Shown here piece after piece: positions 51,516 to 64,000 of a stretch of DNA of 64,000 nt (position 1 is the first letter of the stretch; every line of letters begins with the position of its first letter). The translations under genes and the position numbers were made by a program. The DNA is taken from assembly GCF_048593235.1 (NCBI RefSeq), contig NC_133622.1:228687198-228751197 (forward strand). The letters run 5' to 3'. The stretch is from Sminthopsis crassicaudata (lineage: Eukaryota). The notes beneath the pieces are model-generated. The model worked only from the letters and a program-made list of their open reading frames with translations. It ran no database searches and was not told where the DNA came from.

Positions 51516-52099
51516 ATCCATGCACACATTAATAAAAATATGATTTGATATGGTATTATATAATTAATATAATATAAATCTGGTTAGCGAGTCTCAGGCA
51601 GGATTTTAATTGAAACCTTGTGAATTCCAAGTCCAATGCTCTGCTATAGCAATAGAAATAAATCCCTATGGTACATATTGACTTAGAAAACCACAAATTA
51701 ATATTATTTATGTTTTTCCATATTTTGTGTATTTTGTCAAACATTTCCCAATTTGGTTCCATAGGAAAACTATGTAGATTATTCATATCATGAGAATTAG
51801 AAACATTTTCTGGACATTTAGATGGACTCATGTCAACTTTTGAAAGGGACAGATGAGTCACATAGAGTGCACAAACAGGGTGAGTAGCAAACTGCTTCAC
51901 CATTTCTCAATGATTTTATGGATAGACTGAAGTTTTGGATCTGTATGGTATAATAGACAAAACAATGAACATCATCTCAATATCATCATTATCTTCAAGA
52001 GATTTGAGTTATATTCATGGAATCCTAGGTTTATAATTGGAAAAGGATAGGGGGAGTAGGTCTGCACCTAAAATTTTATTTCTAAGCAGATAGAAACAT

Positions 52100-52330
52100 G
52101 GTCGATGGAGTTCTGGACTTGTAGTGAGGAAGTCCTGAGTTCAAACCCAAAATCAGTTCTTTACTAGTTGTGTGGCTTTAGATATTTAATTCTTTTTTGC
52201 CTCAGTTTCCTCATTAGTAAATGAGGATAATAATATGGGAGTTGATTCAAGGATAAAATGAAATATTTGTGAAGTGCTTTGTAAACCTTAAAGTGCTAAG
52301 GTCAACTGTTATTATTAATGATAAAAAATT
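52100..52330 (+). mobile_element. MIR SINE
   Basis: 'gaagtcctgagttcaaaccc...gcctcagtttcctcattagtaaatgaggataataat...gtgaagtgctttgtaaaccttaaagtgct'. Confidence 0.85.
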
Positions 52331-55300
52331 GTTTTCTACAAAATTATGACTACAACTTAAAGTGGTAGGTAAGTGCCCAATGCTCTGAGATTTAATTAAC
52401 CCAGTGTCAACTTGGTCAGTTTGTGTCATAAGGAGATCTGGAATCTAGGCTTCTCCTGGCTTCAGGTCCAGTTGTCTCTTCTCAATATCATATTGTTTCT
52501 TTGAGGGTAGAGGGGATTTTAAATGTTATCTCATCTAAAACTTTCATTTTACAACTGAGGTGGATGAACTCCCAATAGAAAAATAAATGACTTGTCCAAC
52601 CCAGTAAATAGCTGAGTGATGTGTCAATGGAAAGGTATTTAATAAAACCGATGCAGTCACCAGACAGCCATAAGTTCAAAGTTTTGTCATCTATGAAGGG
52701 AAATGCTTGGTCTCAATGATCTCTAAAGTTGTTTTTACTACTAATAGCCTAGGTTGTAAGAACCTTTCTATTTCTAACACTCTTAAAGTTCTAAAATGCA
52801 GAATCTTAGAATAAGTGAGATATCTAAGATTAGCAACCAGAATTCCTCATTCCAACTGATCTATACATGTAATAGTGTTCCAATATGTGGTCAATGGTTA
52901 TCATGTCACACTTGATATCTCCTTCTTCACTAAGTTCTTTCACTCAGTCTTCATAGGCAAAGAACTCGAACCTCTTCACTATCCTTGTGCTATTTTTTCT
53001 GGATATTTTCTGACTTATTCACATCCTTCTTTAACACAATTCTCCGATATCATTTGACTCATTTGGTGCCAACTATGTGCCAGATACTGTGCTAAGCAGC
53101 AAGGAGACAAACAAGGGTGAAAGTTAAATCCTCCTTTCAAGGAGCTCACTGTCTAATGAAGAGATCACCATGCTAGGAAAAAGAATCTATTCAAAGTTTT
53201 GTACTTTATAAAATAGTTGAACATATATTTTTACAGAGCTGAGGGTAACACACATTATGGATTTGTGTCTCATTGATAAAAAAAAATAACAAAAGTGATC
53301 ATTTATTTAGTTTGTAATGCCTGAATACTTTCCAAAAATTATCTTTTGGTTCTTGTGAGGAAGATACTGTTATTATCTGATATTCGTATAAACAGTGTTT
53401 GAGACAAACTATTCACTAACATCTGACACAGTCTTCAAATCCAAGTCTTTCCAACTCCAATCCAGTCCGTAATCTATTACTTCACAATAATTAATGTGTA
53501 AAGCTAGTCATCTGTACATATTGATTTTTTCTTGTTTAATCCTATAGCACTCCTTAAAATTAATCCAAGGAATGATCTGTGATTAAAAGAAACAAGAAAG
53601 TCACCTTCTCTGGAAACACTGACTAGAGAATGATCTAGGAAGCAGAAGATCTAGATTCTCCTCTTTGTTCTTCTTCTAAGTAGTTAAATAACTTCTGTTA
53701 CCATAATATCATGGTATTTCTGGGTCTCAATTTCTTAATGTGTAAAAAAGAGAAATTTGGCTTAGACAAGTATCTTGTAGCCTATACTATATAGTGAAAT
53801 ACTTATATATCAAAATGTATATTCCAAGCTAGCTGATCAGGATATGTAATACTTAAATATTCCAAATTATTTGATATTTCATCAATTGGTTGTTTCAAGA
53901 TATCCAGGCCTTGACTTGGCTGTAACTGTTTCAGATGGCCTATGTCATACTACAAATTTACTACAGGAGATCCAGTCAAGAAAATGGAGACCTTCCTCAA
54001 TTTCTCCTGATATTTTAAGGATCTCATAGAGCACTGGGGCTGACATCCCTCTCAAATGATCATCAATGATCAAATGATTAGCCATCTTTTTTAATCATAC
54101 ATTTCTCTGATGATATCCTGCTTCATTATATATTGTATATATGTATATGGACATATGTGTGTATATCCATCTATCTGTGTGTGAGTGTTTTAATATGTAT
54201 GTATACACATGTGTACAAATACACATATATGTGTTTATATTATATGCATAGGTGTTCATATAAGTGTAAATGCATATGTATACACATGTATGAGTTTATT
54301 TTAATTTGTTTTTAATTCATGCATTTTATCAACCAGAAAAAAAGAAAACTCACATTAAGAAATTCTATTTTAAGACAGATTATGACAGTATTACATTAAA
54401 TATGCATAATAATATAATTGTAGAAATTGGAGATAATCGGCATGATTACACTCCTTTATTACTTGCTTTTCTTTTTCTTTCTTTTTTTTAAAATTCACTT
54501 AAGTTCTTGTATAGTCTGTAGATAGACTAAGGAAAAAGAAAGGGCTCTCCATACTAAAAGGTTAAAAAAGAATAGAGGGAATGAAGAGAAAAAAAAGACA
54601 GAAGGGATGGGCTTCTTTGAAAGCTTGGGGTGGGGATGGGGAGACTTCAGTTATGACTAAATCTTTAAATATGGCTGAAAGTTGTTTTTTTTCACTGACT
54701 TGATCCATTATCTCTCTAAATTGCTTCTATAAATTTTATATGTATAACTCTGGAAAGCTCTCTTTTCTCACCTATAAATGGGAACAATGATGCTGGTANN
54801 NNNNNNNNNNNNNNNNNNNNNNNNNNNNNNNNNNNNNNNNNNNNNNNNNNNNNNNNNNNNNNNNNNNNNNNNNNNNNNNNNNNNNNNNNNNNNNNNNNNN
54901 NNNNNNNNNNNNNNNNNNNNNNNNNNNNNNNNNNNNNNNNNNNNNNNNNNNNNNNNNNNNNNNNNNNNNNNNNNNNNNNNNNNNNNNNNNNNNNNNNNNN
55001 NNNNNNNNNNNNNNNNNNNNNNNNNNNNNNNNNNNNNNNNNNNNNNNNNNNNNNNNNNNNNNNNNNNNAAAGACCTATTCTCTATCTATGAAACCATCCT
55101 GACACTCAATTGCAACCTGCATGCAAACTAATTTCAAGATGAATATATTGCTAATGAATGGGGCTACCAGATTACCTATAAGAGACGGCCCTTAATCTGG
55201 CCTCTGAAATAAGCTATGGTAAGTGATAATGAAAGCGTGTTCCAGATCAGTAGATTATCATAATATCCCTGGGAAGAGGAGAAATGAGCCTGAGCTAGCG

Positions 55301-56319
55301 TGTTGGCCACAGATATAGTTAAAGAGAAGGGAGGCAAGAAATGTGGAAAAACAAAACAAACAAAAATCAAAAATCAGTAACTAATGACAACAGCTTGGAT
55401 TTGAGGAATGAGGAGAAAAGGAGTTAAATGGTCCATTTCAATACTGGTTATCCAGAAGGACAATGGGGCCATCCCCAATCTCACCAGGAGATTTAGAAAG
55501 AAGTACAGGCTTTGAAGAAACAGGGATTTTATTCTCTCATAAACTAAAGCTAAATGTGTTGTATTACTAAAGATAAATGAAGATATTCCATCTAGCATTC
55601 TATTCTGCTTTGCTTTCCATGTATATACTTATGCACACATGTTCCACATCTTATGTGATTCAACTCCTAAATATCTGAAAAACAATAATTTTCAATCTCT
55701 CCTGAGAGATGGACGCTAACCTTTGTCAAGTGATTTTCCCTTGATTTACTCTAAATGTATATTTAGAGTAAATTCAGAATTGATTAATAAAAGGAGGATG
55801 ATATTCAGTTCAAAAGAAAAACTATTGTTCTTCCTAAAAAAGAGAACTTTCAACCAATATTTTTTACATCAGCTTTCTCCTCTATAAAATACTGCCTAAT
55901 ATATTATTAGCTTTGTTGGCTACTCTATGCCACTATTGATTTACACTGAGCTGAAACCATTTGGTCTTTTTTTTTTCCTCCATGATTTCCTGTTTAGTCC
56001 CTTTTTATCCATCAAAGTGCCATCTTCCATAGGCAAGCAAACAGAAATTCAACCATGCACATGAGTTTATTATAAATTGGTCACTCATTGGGCAAAGGAA
56101 GCACACAGGATACTTCACTTCTGTGATAGTCACTCTTTGGGTCACAGAATCCTTGTAAACTTGAATATATCATGACTAATTATAAATATATTCTGGAATC
56201 TACTTTGGGAACTGACAGGCAAATGTCTGGCTGGAAGCTCCCAAGGACAATATTTTAGGTACAAATATTTTTAATAATAGTAAAACAGAGAGGGATAAAC
56301 ATTTATTAAGTACCTACTA

Positions 56320-56500
56320 TATGCCAAAAATTGTTAAGTGCTTTGCAAACAATATTTCATTTGGACCTTGTAGCAACTCCATGAGATTAGTCCTTTTATT
56401 GCCCCCATTCCACAGAAAAAAAAAAAAAAAAAAAAAAAAAACTGAGTCAGACAGAAGCAAAATAACTTGCCCAGCTGGTAATTAAGCAATAGCATGACAA
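56320..56500 (-). mobile_element. MIR SINE
   Basis: 'aagtgctttgcaaacaatatttcatttggaccttgtagcaac...actgagtcagacagaag..aacttgcccag'. Confidence 0.7.
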
Positions 56501-56639
56501 CAAAATCCACCCAATGATCCATTAAGGAACATGGCATATATGCAGATATTAGGTAATGACCTGACTAATCAACCCAGAGAATGGAACATCTAAGCTACAA
56601 GTATAGGATCACGTATTAGGATATGGACAGAATCTCCCA

Positions 56640-57860
56640 GTCAGTCAGTAAGTGTTTAGTAAATATTTACTATATATTAGACACTGCGCTAAAACTAAAA
56701 ATATAAAGAGAAGAAAAGACAGTTCCTGAACAGTAGGGGAGAACAAGCAAATAAATATATACAAAATATGCTCTTCACAGAATAAATAGCAGAGGGAAAG
56801 AACTAATATGAAAAGGGTTTGGAGAAGACTTCCTGAAGATGGTAGGATTTTAGTTGAAACTTGAAGGAAACTAGGGAATCCAAGAAACAAAGCAGAGGAA
56901 GGAGACGGTTCCAAGCATAGAGGTTGGCCAGAGAAAATGCCTGGAGTCAGGAGATGGAGGTCTTGTTTGTGGAATAGCTCGGAGACCAGAGTCCTGGATC
57001 AAAGAGTATTGGAGGGGAAGAAGCTTTAAGATATAAAAGGATTTGAAATCTGGGGAGAAGTTGATAAATAGTCAAAGGATATGAACTGACAATTTTTCAG
57101 ATGAAAACATTAAAACCATTTCTAGTCATATAAAAATGCTCTAAATCACTAATGATTAGGGAAAAGTAAATTTAGACAACTCTTGAGATACTAGTACACA
57201 TTCTTAAATTTGACTATGACAGAAAAAAAAAACCATAATGATAAATGTTAGAGAGGATGTGGGAAAACTGGGACACTAACACATTGTTGGTGGAGTTATG
57301 AACTGATCCAACCATTACAAAGAGCAATTTGGAACTCTGCCCAAAGAGCTGTCCAACTGTGTATATCCTTTGATCCAGGAGTGTCTCTACTGGTTCAGTA
57401 TGCCAGAAAGATCTTAAAAAGGGAAAAGGACCCATATGTGCAAAAATGTTTATAACAGTCCTTTTTGTCATCCCAAAATACTGGAAACTGAGTGGATGCC
57501 CATCAGTTGCACATGTTTAATCTGCATTAGATTTTTTGCCATCTAAGAGAGAGTGGGGGGAAAGGACGGAGAAAAATTTAGAATACAAGGTTTTGCAAGG
57601 GTGAATGTTGAAAACTGTCTTTGCATACATTTTGAAAATAAAAGCTATTATTAAAAAAATGTGAGGAGAGGAGACATGTTATGAAAAGCTTTGAATATCA
57701 AAAAGAGGATTTTTTATTTGATGCTGGAGGTAACTGAAAACCATTGGGGTTTGCCGAGTAAGAAGTATAAGTAGGACCATAATTTTCAGTGAAATCATTT
57801 TGGTGGCAAAATTAAAGATGGTTTGGATTAAGGAGAAGCTTATGGGAGAAGGCATATAGT
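56640..57860 (-). mobile_element. L2 3' region, split by an L1 insertion
   Basis: 'tcagtcagtaagtgtttagtaaatatttactat...gagaagacttcctgaagatggtaggattttagttgaaacttgaaggaa' resuming after 57660 with 'gttatgaaaagctttgaat..caaaaagaggattttttatttgatgctggagg'. Confidence 0.8.
57061..57656 (+). mobile_element. 5'-truncated, internally deleted L1 with decayed 15-bp TSD
   Basis: ORF2 C-terminal sequence ('gataaatagtcaaaggatatgaac', 'ggatgtgggaaaactgggacactaa'), AATAAA + A tail; flanks AAATCTGGGGAGAAG (57046-57060) / AAATGTGAGGAGAGG (57657-57671), 12/15. Confidence 0.88.
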
Positions 57861-58239
57861 ATAACATCTCCCACTTTACCACTGATGAAAATGAGAGATC
57901 TTAAGCGATTTGCTGAGGGCCATGAGGGTCTGTAGTAGATTCAGGTGTGATTCCAAATATAGCTCTCCTTCTAATAGACTGTGATGCTTTCATAGGAAGC
58001 ATAATCTAATTCAAAATAAGGAAAACAATGGCATCCTTTATTTTGGAAAAAAAACACACACCAAAATAACAGATAAAAACAGTAGATTATGGTACTGATT
58101 CAGTGTCAGGAAACATGAGTTTATATCCAGACTTTACAGGTTACCCTATGTGTGATCCTGGACATTTTCCCTTCTGGACGATAGTTTAGTCATATGTAAA
58201 ATAAAAAGGTGGAAAATAGACCTCAAAAGTCTGTCTTCC

Positions 58240-58530
58240 AGTCATTGAAGTCCAGTGACAGGACAAAAATCAAGAAAAATTGTGACGGCTAAGATGCAGT
58301 GGATGACATCTTCAATAGTTCATCAAGTTCTAAGAACTTTATACCGCCAGCTTCACCTAAAGCCTTCATGGCTTTAACAAAAATGTCCTTATCTGCCTAT
58401 TCTAAGGGGGAGAAAGTAGTCTTCATATGCTTGGGGTAGACATGCTCCTCCCCAACTCATCAAGAGACTTGAAAACTATTGGTGGCCCTCAATCTAATTT
58501 AACCAGCTTGTTGACATGATTTACTGGGGA
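58240..58530 (-). mobile_element. RTE-related marsupial SINE (WALLSI/RTESINE-like)
   Basis: Homologous to 12772-13240: 'ggacaaaaatca', 'gcagtggatgac', 'gtcttcatatgcttggggtagaca'. Confidence 0.75.
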
Positions 58531-60364
58531 ATGTTCCCTGTGCAGGTAATAGCTTGTCACTCTTAGATGAGAATTAGGTTATTTAAATATTTAAATTTGA
58601 AAAATCAGGAGCTCGGTGGTTGGCTGACTTAGGTTCCTCTATAAAATGTTGAATTTAGGAGAAAAACACTAGTAGGGAAAAGGGACTGGAAGAATGAGTG
58701 AATATTCTCAGGTGAGGAGGCTCCAGGTCCCAGGGGCCTTTCCAGGATTAAACTGAACCAAACGTTGTAGACTAAACAATTATAAAAAAATGACTTTCTA
58801 ATAACTAGACTTACCCCAAAGTGAAATTGTTTGCTCCAAGAGAAGTTTTCCACCACCAAAAGCTTTCAAACAAATGTTGGATACCCACTATTTGTTGATC
58901 TTTTAGGATGCATTCTCACTTAGATAACTTGTTAGATGTAGCAGCCTCTGAGATTGCTTTCGACTCTGAGATTCTTTGAACATATTAGTTTTTTTTTTTT
59001 AAAAAGGAATATATTATTCCTAGGTTTTAATCATCTATTTTTCCGTAAAGTTACACATTTGATTCCTATGGCAACATTTATCCAAAAAACCCATATGAAG
59101 GTACAGATATTAATGCAGATAGTAGCTAACTCATGAATCTATTAATAGAATCATTGAGGAACAGAAAGATTTTTTTACAAGGTTAACAAATGCAGAATTT
59201 GAACTTCCAAGTCCTCGGCACGTATTCCAAGCAGCAGCGAGGGTCACAATTTTCCATTCCTTCAGAACGTTAAAAGCTTTGTTTCTGCCAATCCCTTCAG
59301 TAGCACTATTTAACTCATCACTTTGAAAGCCACTCTGATAAGCAGATACCTTGAGAACTGAGGGAGCTATTTAAAAAAATAAAATCTGTTTTGGAGTCTT
59401 AAAAATTCCATTATAGAAGAGTCACTGAAACAGGAAATATTCCAACTGTTCAAAAAAGGATTTCCTAAGAGAAATAGAAGAAAAGTATTTTTTCCATTGC
59501 AATTAATCAGAGGAGCACAGGTTTAACTATTTCCATTTTATAAAAATGCAGTTATTAAAAAAATTAAATAAAAGTAGTCTTGTGCTCAAGCAAGGATTCA
59601 TTGTTCTTTAATTCTTCATTAAATGTCTACTGTAAAACTTTGGGGAGAATTCTATACGCGCCTAGTATATGGATAACTGTGGTGGTATAGATTTAAGGAT
59701 ATTAAGCACAGATAAGAATGTCTTAGGAAGTTATTTGTATGTAAAAATGAAATATGAAGCTCAGAACATTCCACGCACAGTCCAAACAGCTCAAACAGAC
59801 AGTCAAGGCTATAAATGTTTAAGTCTTAGGTGCTTTTTTCAATTCAAGCTTATAATAAGTTTCTGAGTTTCTCAACCAGAGGCCTTTTTGTTCTCAGCTG
59901 TTGGATGTTTCCAAACTGGAAAGTGAAGATTAGTCTTTGCATGCTTCCTAACAATCGGAAAGGCAAATAGGCCAGTAACCTGTAAGCTATGAATGAAGAA
60001 ATCAAAAAGTAGAAGTGCTAAATGTTATTTTTTTGCCATAATTTTGCAAAAAGTTGGAGACAAAGCCTATAAAATAACATACAATCTGGAGTTCTGATTT
60101 GAGTTTTGTTTTGGTTGTTGCCTACTTTCCCAATTCTCCATTCCCATCGTCTTCAAGCAACCATCCCACTCCAAAGTTTCAACCAAGTATTACCTAGCAC
60201 TTTCACTGCCCCTTGAGAAATTCTTGATCCACATATAACAAATTTCCTTTCATTTCTTAACTCTTTTCCTCTGACACTCTTTCCATTTTACTGAAACTTG
60301 TCTTTCAGATGACATAGCCTTACTGCACCTCTGCTCATTCTTCTTATTTTACTGATTGAAGTGG

Positions 60365-61090
60365 GAGAATCTGATTATCTTTTATTCTTTTTCTTATTAT
60401 TTTTTTATTTTTCTTATTATATTTATTTTATTTTATTTATTATTTCATTTTCTCCAGTTAAATATTAAGGAAAATTTAGCATTTATTTTTATGAGATTTT
60501 GGATTTCCAATTTTTCCACCTCCCTCCTCATCTCTTCTGAAGATGGTAGTCAATTGGACATAGAGTACACATATGATATGTAAAACATATTTCTATGTTT
60601 CCATATTCTACAGTTGTTAAAAGAAAAAACAGAAAAAATAGGAGTAAATAAACCATGAAAAAATAAAATAAGTGGGAAAAATGTTTCAATTTATATCCAA
60701 AGTCCATCATTTCTTTATTTGGATATAAATAGCACTTTCTTTTCCAAAACATTTTTTTTTTCTTGTCTTGGATCATTGTCCTGCTGAGATGAACTATCAT
60801 TAAACAATGTGGCTGACGCTCTATGCCATGATTTCCTGGTTCTGCTTATTCACTTTGTATCAGTTGGTACAAATCTTCTAACATTTTTATTTGAAATCTG
60901 TCTATTCATTATTTCTTGAGGCATAATATCATTCCATTCCATTCATAAACCACAGCTTATTCAAACATTCTTCAAATGATGGACATTCCCTTGATTTTGC
61001 AATTCTTTGCCACTATGGAAAGGACTACTATGCGTACTTTTTTGCACATGTAGGTCCTTTTCCCTTTTTTGTGATATCTTTGGGATCTAG
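60365..61090 (-). mobile_element. Older L1 3' fragment
   Basis: T-rich tail, 'tttcctggttctgcttattcacttt', 'caattctttgccacta', 'gcacatgtaggtccttttccc'. Confidence 0.8.
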
Positions 61091-61377
61091 TTAGATTACT
61101 TCGGACTCCCTTTTTTCACTTCCAAATTCTTTCTCAGTAATATCCCTTTCTTAGAGGTTCATTCTGTTCATATCTAATCACACAAACTCTCCTTCCTTCA
61201 TCAATGAGACTAGTAACTAGCTCATAATTCTTATCTCCCCCCCCCAGTCCTTCCTCTCATAGTAGGATACTTCAGCATACATATTAACTATTTCAAATAC
61301 CATAATACCTTGGTTCTTCCTCTTATTGACTTCCCATGTCTTAGCATACATATACTCCTTTCTTGAACATATAATTC

Positions 61378-61845
61378 TCTTTTTTAATTTTTTTTTTTTT
61401 ATATATACATGGGCAACTCTTGGGCACTGACAATTGCAAAACCTTTTGACTTTTGTTCCAACTTTTCTTCTCCTCACCACCCCCTCCCCCAGATGGCAGG
61501 TTGACCAATAATTTAAATACACCATATACATACATGTTCATACAGTTATTTTGCTGTACAAAAAGAATCATACTTTGAAATAGTGTACAATTAGCCTGTG
61601 AAGGAAGTCAAAAATGCAGGTAGACAAAAATAGGGATATCGTGAATTCTATGTAATGGTTCATAGTCATCTCCCAGAGTTCTTTCGCTGGGTGTAGCTGG
61701 TTCAGTTCATTACTGTTCTGTTGGAACTTATTTGGTTCATCTCATTGTTGGAAAGGGCCACGTCCATCAGAATTGATCATTGTTGTTGAAGTATATGATG
61801 ATCTCCTGGTCCTGCTCATTTCACTCAGCATCAGTTCATGTAGAA
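61378..61845 (-). mobile_element. Younger L1 3' UTR
   Basis: 'ggttcatagtcatctcccagagttctttcgctgggtgtagctggttcagttcattactg...ctcctggtcctgctcatttcactcagcatcagttcatgta'; retains CpGs. Confidence 0.9.
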
Positions 61846-64000
61846 CACCTAATTCTCATCATTTCATAGTACTGGATCTGAACATTTGAATCAAGATAGA
61901 TGCATTGCCTCCATATCAGTCTCTTTCAATTCTACCTTATAACTGAATTTTTTTTTCTTTCTTTTTGGCATGTGGTTGAATGTGCTAGAGGATTCCTTGA
62001 ATCTCTGAGCTGTGATTCCTTCCTGGGACACAAATTATAACCAATGCGTGCTTACCCAGTATATGGGAAGTTAATCAATTCCTTCCCATAATTTGCCATA
62101 AGGAATACACTCAATTTTTTTGTGAATACCTCTCATTCTCTTAACATTGCAAAGACCCTAACAGAACAATTAAGCTATCTTATCTATCAGTTACTACTAT
62201 CTCTATATCACATCTTGATTTTCCAGTAATAAAATTAAATGCAAACATCTATGTTTAGTAAGTGTTTGACATCCTTTATTTCACTTCACCCATGTAAATT
62301 TTTGTTTGTTGAAGCTGAAAATTTCCCTGTTCCTCTCCACCCTGTGCCACTTCATTATCCTAACTCAATCTACTACTGCAATATTCATTAAGATCCAGGA
62401 AACAAAAGTATTCTCTTACAAAATTCATCCAAAAGTAAATAATTTTCCTTACACATGATCAATGCTCATTTTCCTGATTGACAAGTTTCCACTTACACAA
62501 TTTGAGNNNNNNNNNNNNNNNNNNNNNNNNNNNNNNNNNNNNNNNNNNNNNNNNNNNNNNNNNNNNNNNNNNNNNNNNNNNNNNNNNNNNNNNNNNNNNN
62601 NNNNNNNNNNNNNNNNNNNNNNNNNNNNNNNNNNNNNNNNNNNNNNNNNNNNNNNNNNNTTGGGCCACAAGTTAATACTGTTCATAGCTTTTTAAGAAAG
62701 GATCTCCCAAAGAAGGTGAAGGTAATACTGGAAAAAATAATGTTGGGAAGATATTTTTTTCAGTTTCAGACTGAGATTGGATGCTCCAATGGATCAGTTT
62801 TCTTTAATTGTTCATTGCCCTTTGAATTCATGACCTCTAATTTGGTTTCAATGAAAGCTATCTAGACAAAAGGAAAGTGTGCTATTTCTCTCTGCCCTCC
62901 CAAGCTAATTCACACAAGAAGCCCATTTATTTAAAAGACTTTTTTTTTAATTGCCATGTTACATAAGGGAATATAAAGACTCAGTTTTAATAAAACAAAA
63001 GCCTCTACTATCGGCGTAGTACAATGAAATCCTTTGAGTTTGTGATATTAAAGAAGTAATATTTGATGACTGAACAAACTAATGTAATTTTAAGTACAGA
63101 TGAAGTGTAATTCTGCTTTTCCAATGTTGCCAGAGGTAGGGTGCCATATAAAAATGACATAGAAAAGAGGCAGCATGACATATTTGAAAGAGTATTAATT
63201 TTGAGATTAGAATTCATGGAAATGAATTTTACTTCTTCTATTTACGATACTATAGCTTTGCTGAAACATTCGGGGATCTGTTCTAAGTGACAAATCTTGG
63301 TACTCTTTCAGAATTTGTGCCCTTCGGATTGTCACCTCCCTGGTCACAGAGAGTGAGAGTAATGGAAGTCTCTATGAGAGGAGCAAGAGCTGTGTGCCCA
63401 GGGCCATTGAGATAGTGTTTGAGGATGAATTAGAACTTGTATTTTTCCATGATTCCAAGTCCAATGATCTATGTACAGACATGGTTGAGCTGATCTCATA
63501 AGAGTCAATTAGGTCACGAAGAGAAAAAGAGGATCCAGAACAAAGTCATGGAATGCATCTTCAGGGGGTATATATGATCATCTTACAAAAGAGAGTGGGA
63601 TTGTGATAGGAGAAACCAAAGAGGAAAAAGTTAAACAAACAACAAAAAATAGAATAAAGAATAGAAGGAAGGATGGTGAAGATTATTTCATATCAGAAAA
63701 ATCAATCATTCTGTTCTTTATTCCCCTGTATCTTTACAAAACATGGCTCCTCCCTGTGCCTCAGTTTACCCATCTATAAAATAAGAGATTTTGACCTGAT
63801 GGTGGTTCAAAGGTACTTCCACAGTTTAGAACCCTTTAATTCCATAAGCAGTACAAATATGAGTAGATTATAAGGTTTGTTTATGTTTGAGGAAAGTGGG
63901 AGATATAATTTAAGGATAGAAAGGGCTTTAGGAATAGCATTATGATGAAATGATTCATGGCCAATATTATCCTTAGTTGTTCAATCAGCTTGTATTCTAG

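Noticed and set aside
1-64000. CRISPR arrays, tRNA/rRNA genes, non-retroviral endogenous viral elements, CpG-island promoter
   Set aside because: None seen. tRNA-like A/B boxes occur only as SINE heads, no regularly spaced repeat-spacer array exists, and no long viral-like ORF or CpG island is present.

Overview
AT-rich, CpG-depleted mammalian non-coding DNA (intronic or intergenic). The repeat content points to a marsupial, probably a dasyurid: Mar1/MIR CORE-SINEs, RTE LINE and RTE-related SINE fragments, marsupial-type L1 ends, an OC1/OposCharlie-like hAT MITE, L2 and CR1/L3. All family assignments are from recalled consensus similarity, not from database searches. No protein-coding gene could be identified. 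Nearly all ORFs in the track are artefacts of repeats, microsatellites or the 11 N-runs. A few splice-site-flanked candidate exons lie in non-repetitive islands but are unverified. The most unusual feature is a 532-bp TG...CA ERV LTR-type element (7814-8345) bounded by a perfect 6-bp target-site duplication. It carries a tRNA-Lys primer-binding site inside its own boundaries and has no canonical poly(A) signal. Also notable are three L1 5'UTR+ORF1 pieces without ORF2 (one HAL1-like), an internally deleted RTE LINE, and a 59-bp AT-rich insertion with a 10-bp duplication inside a SINE.
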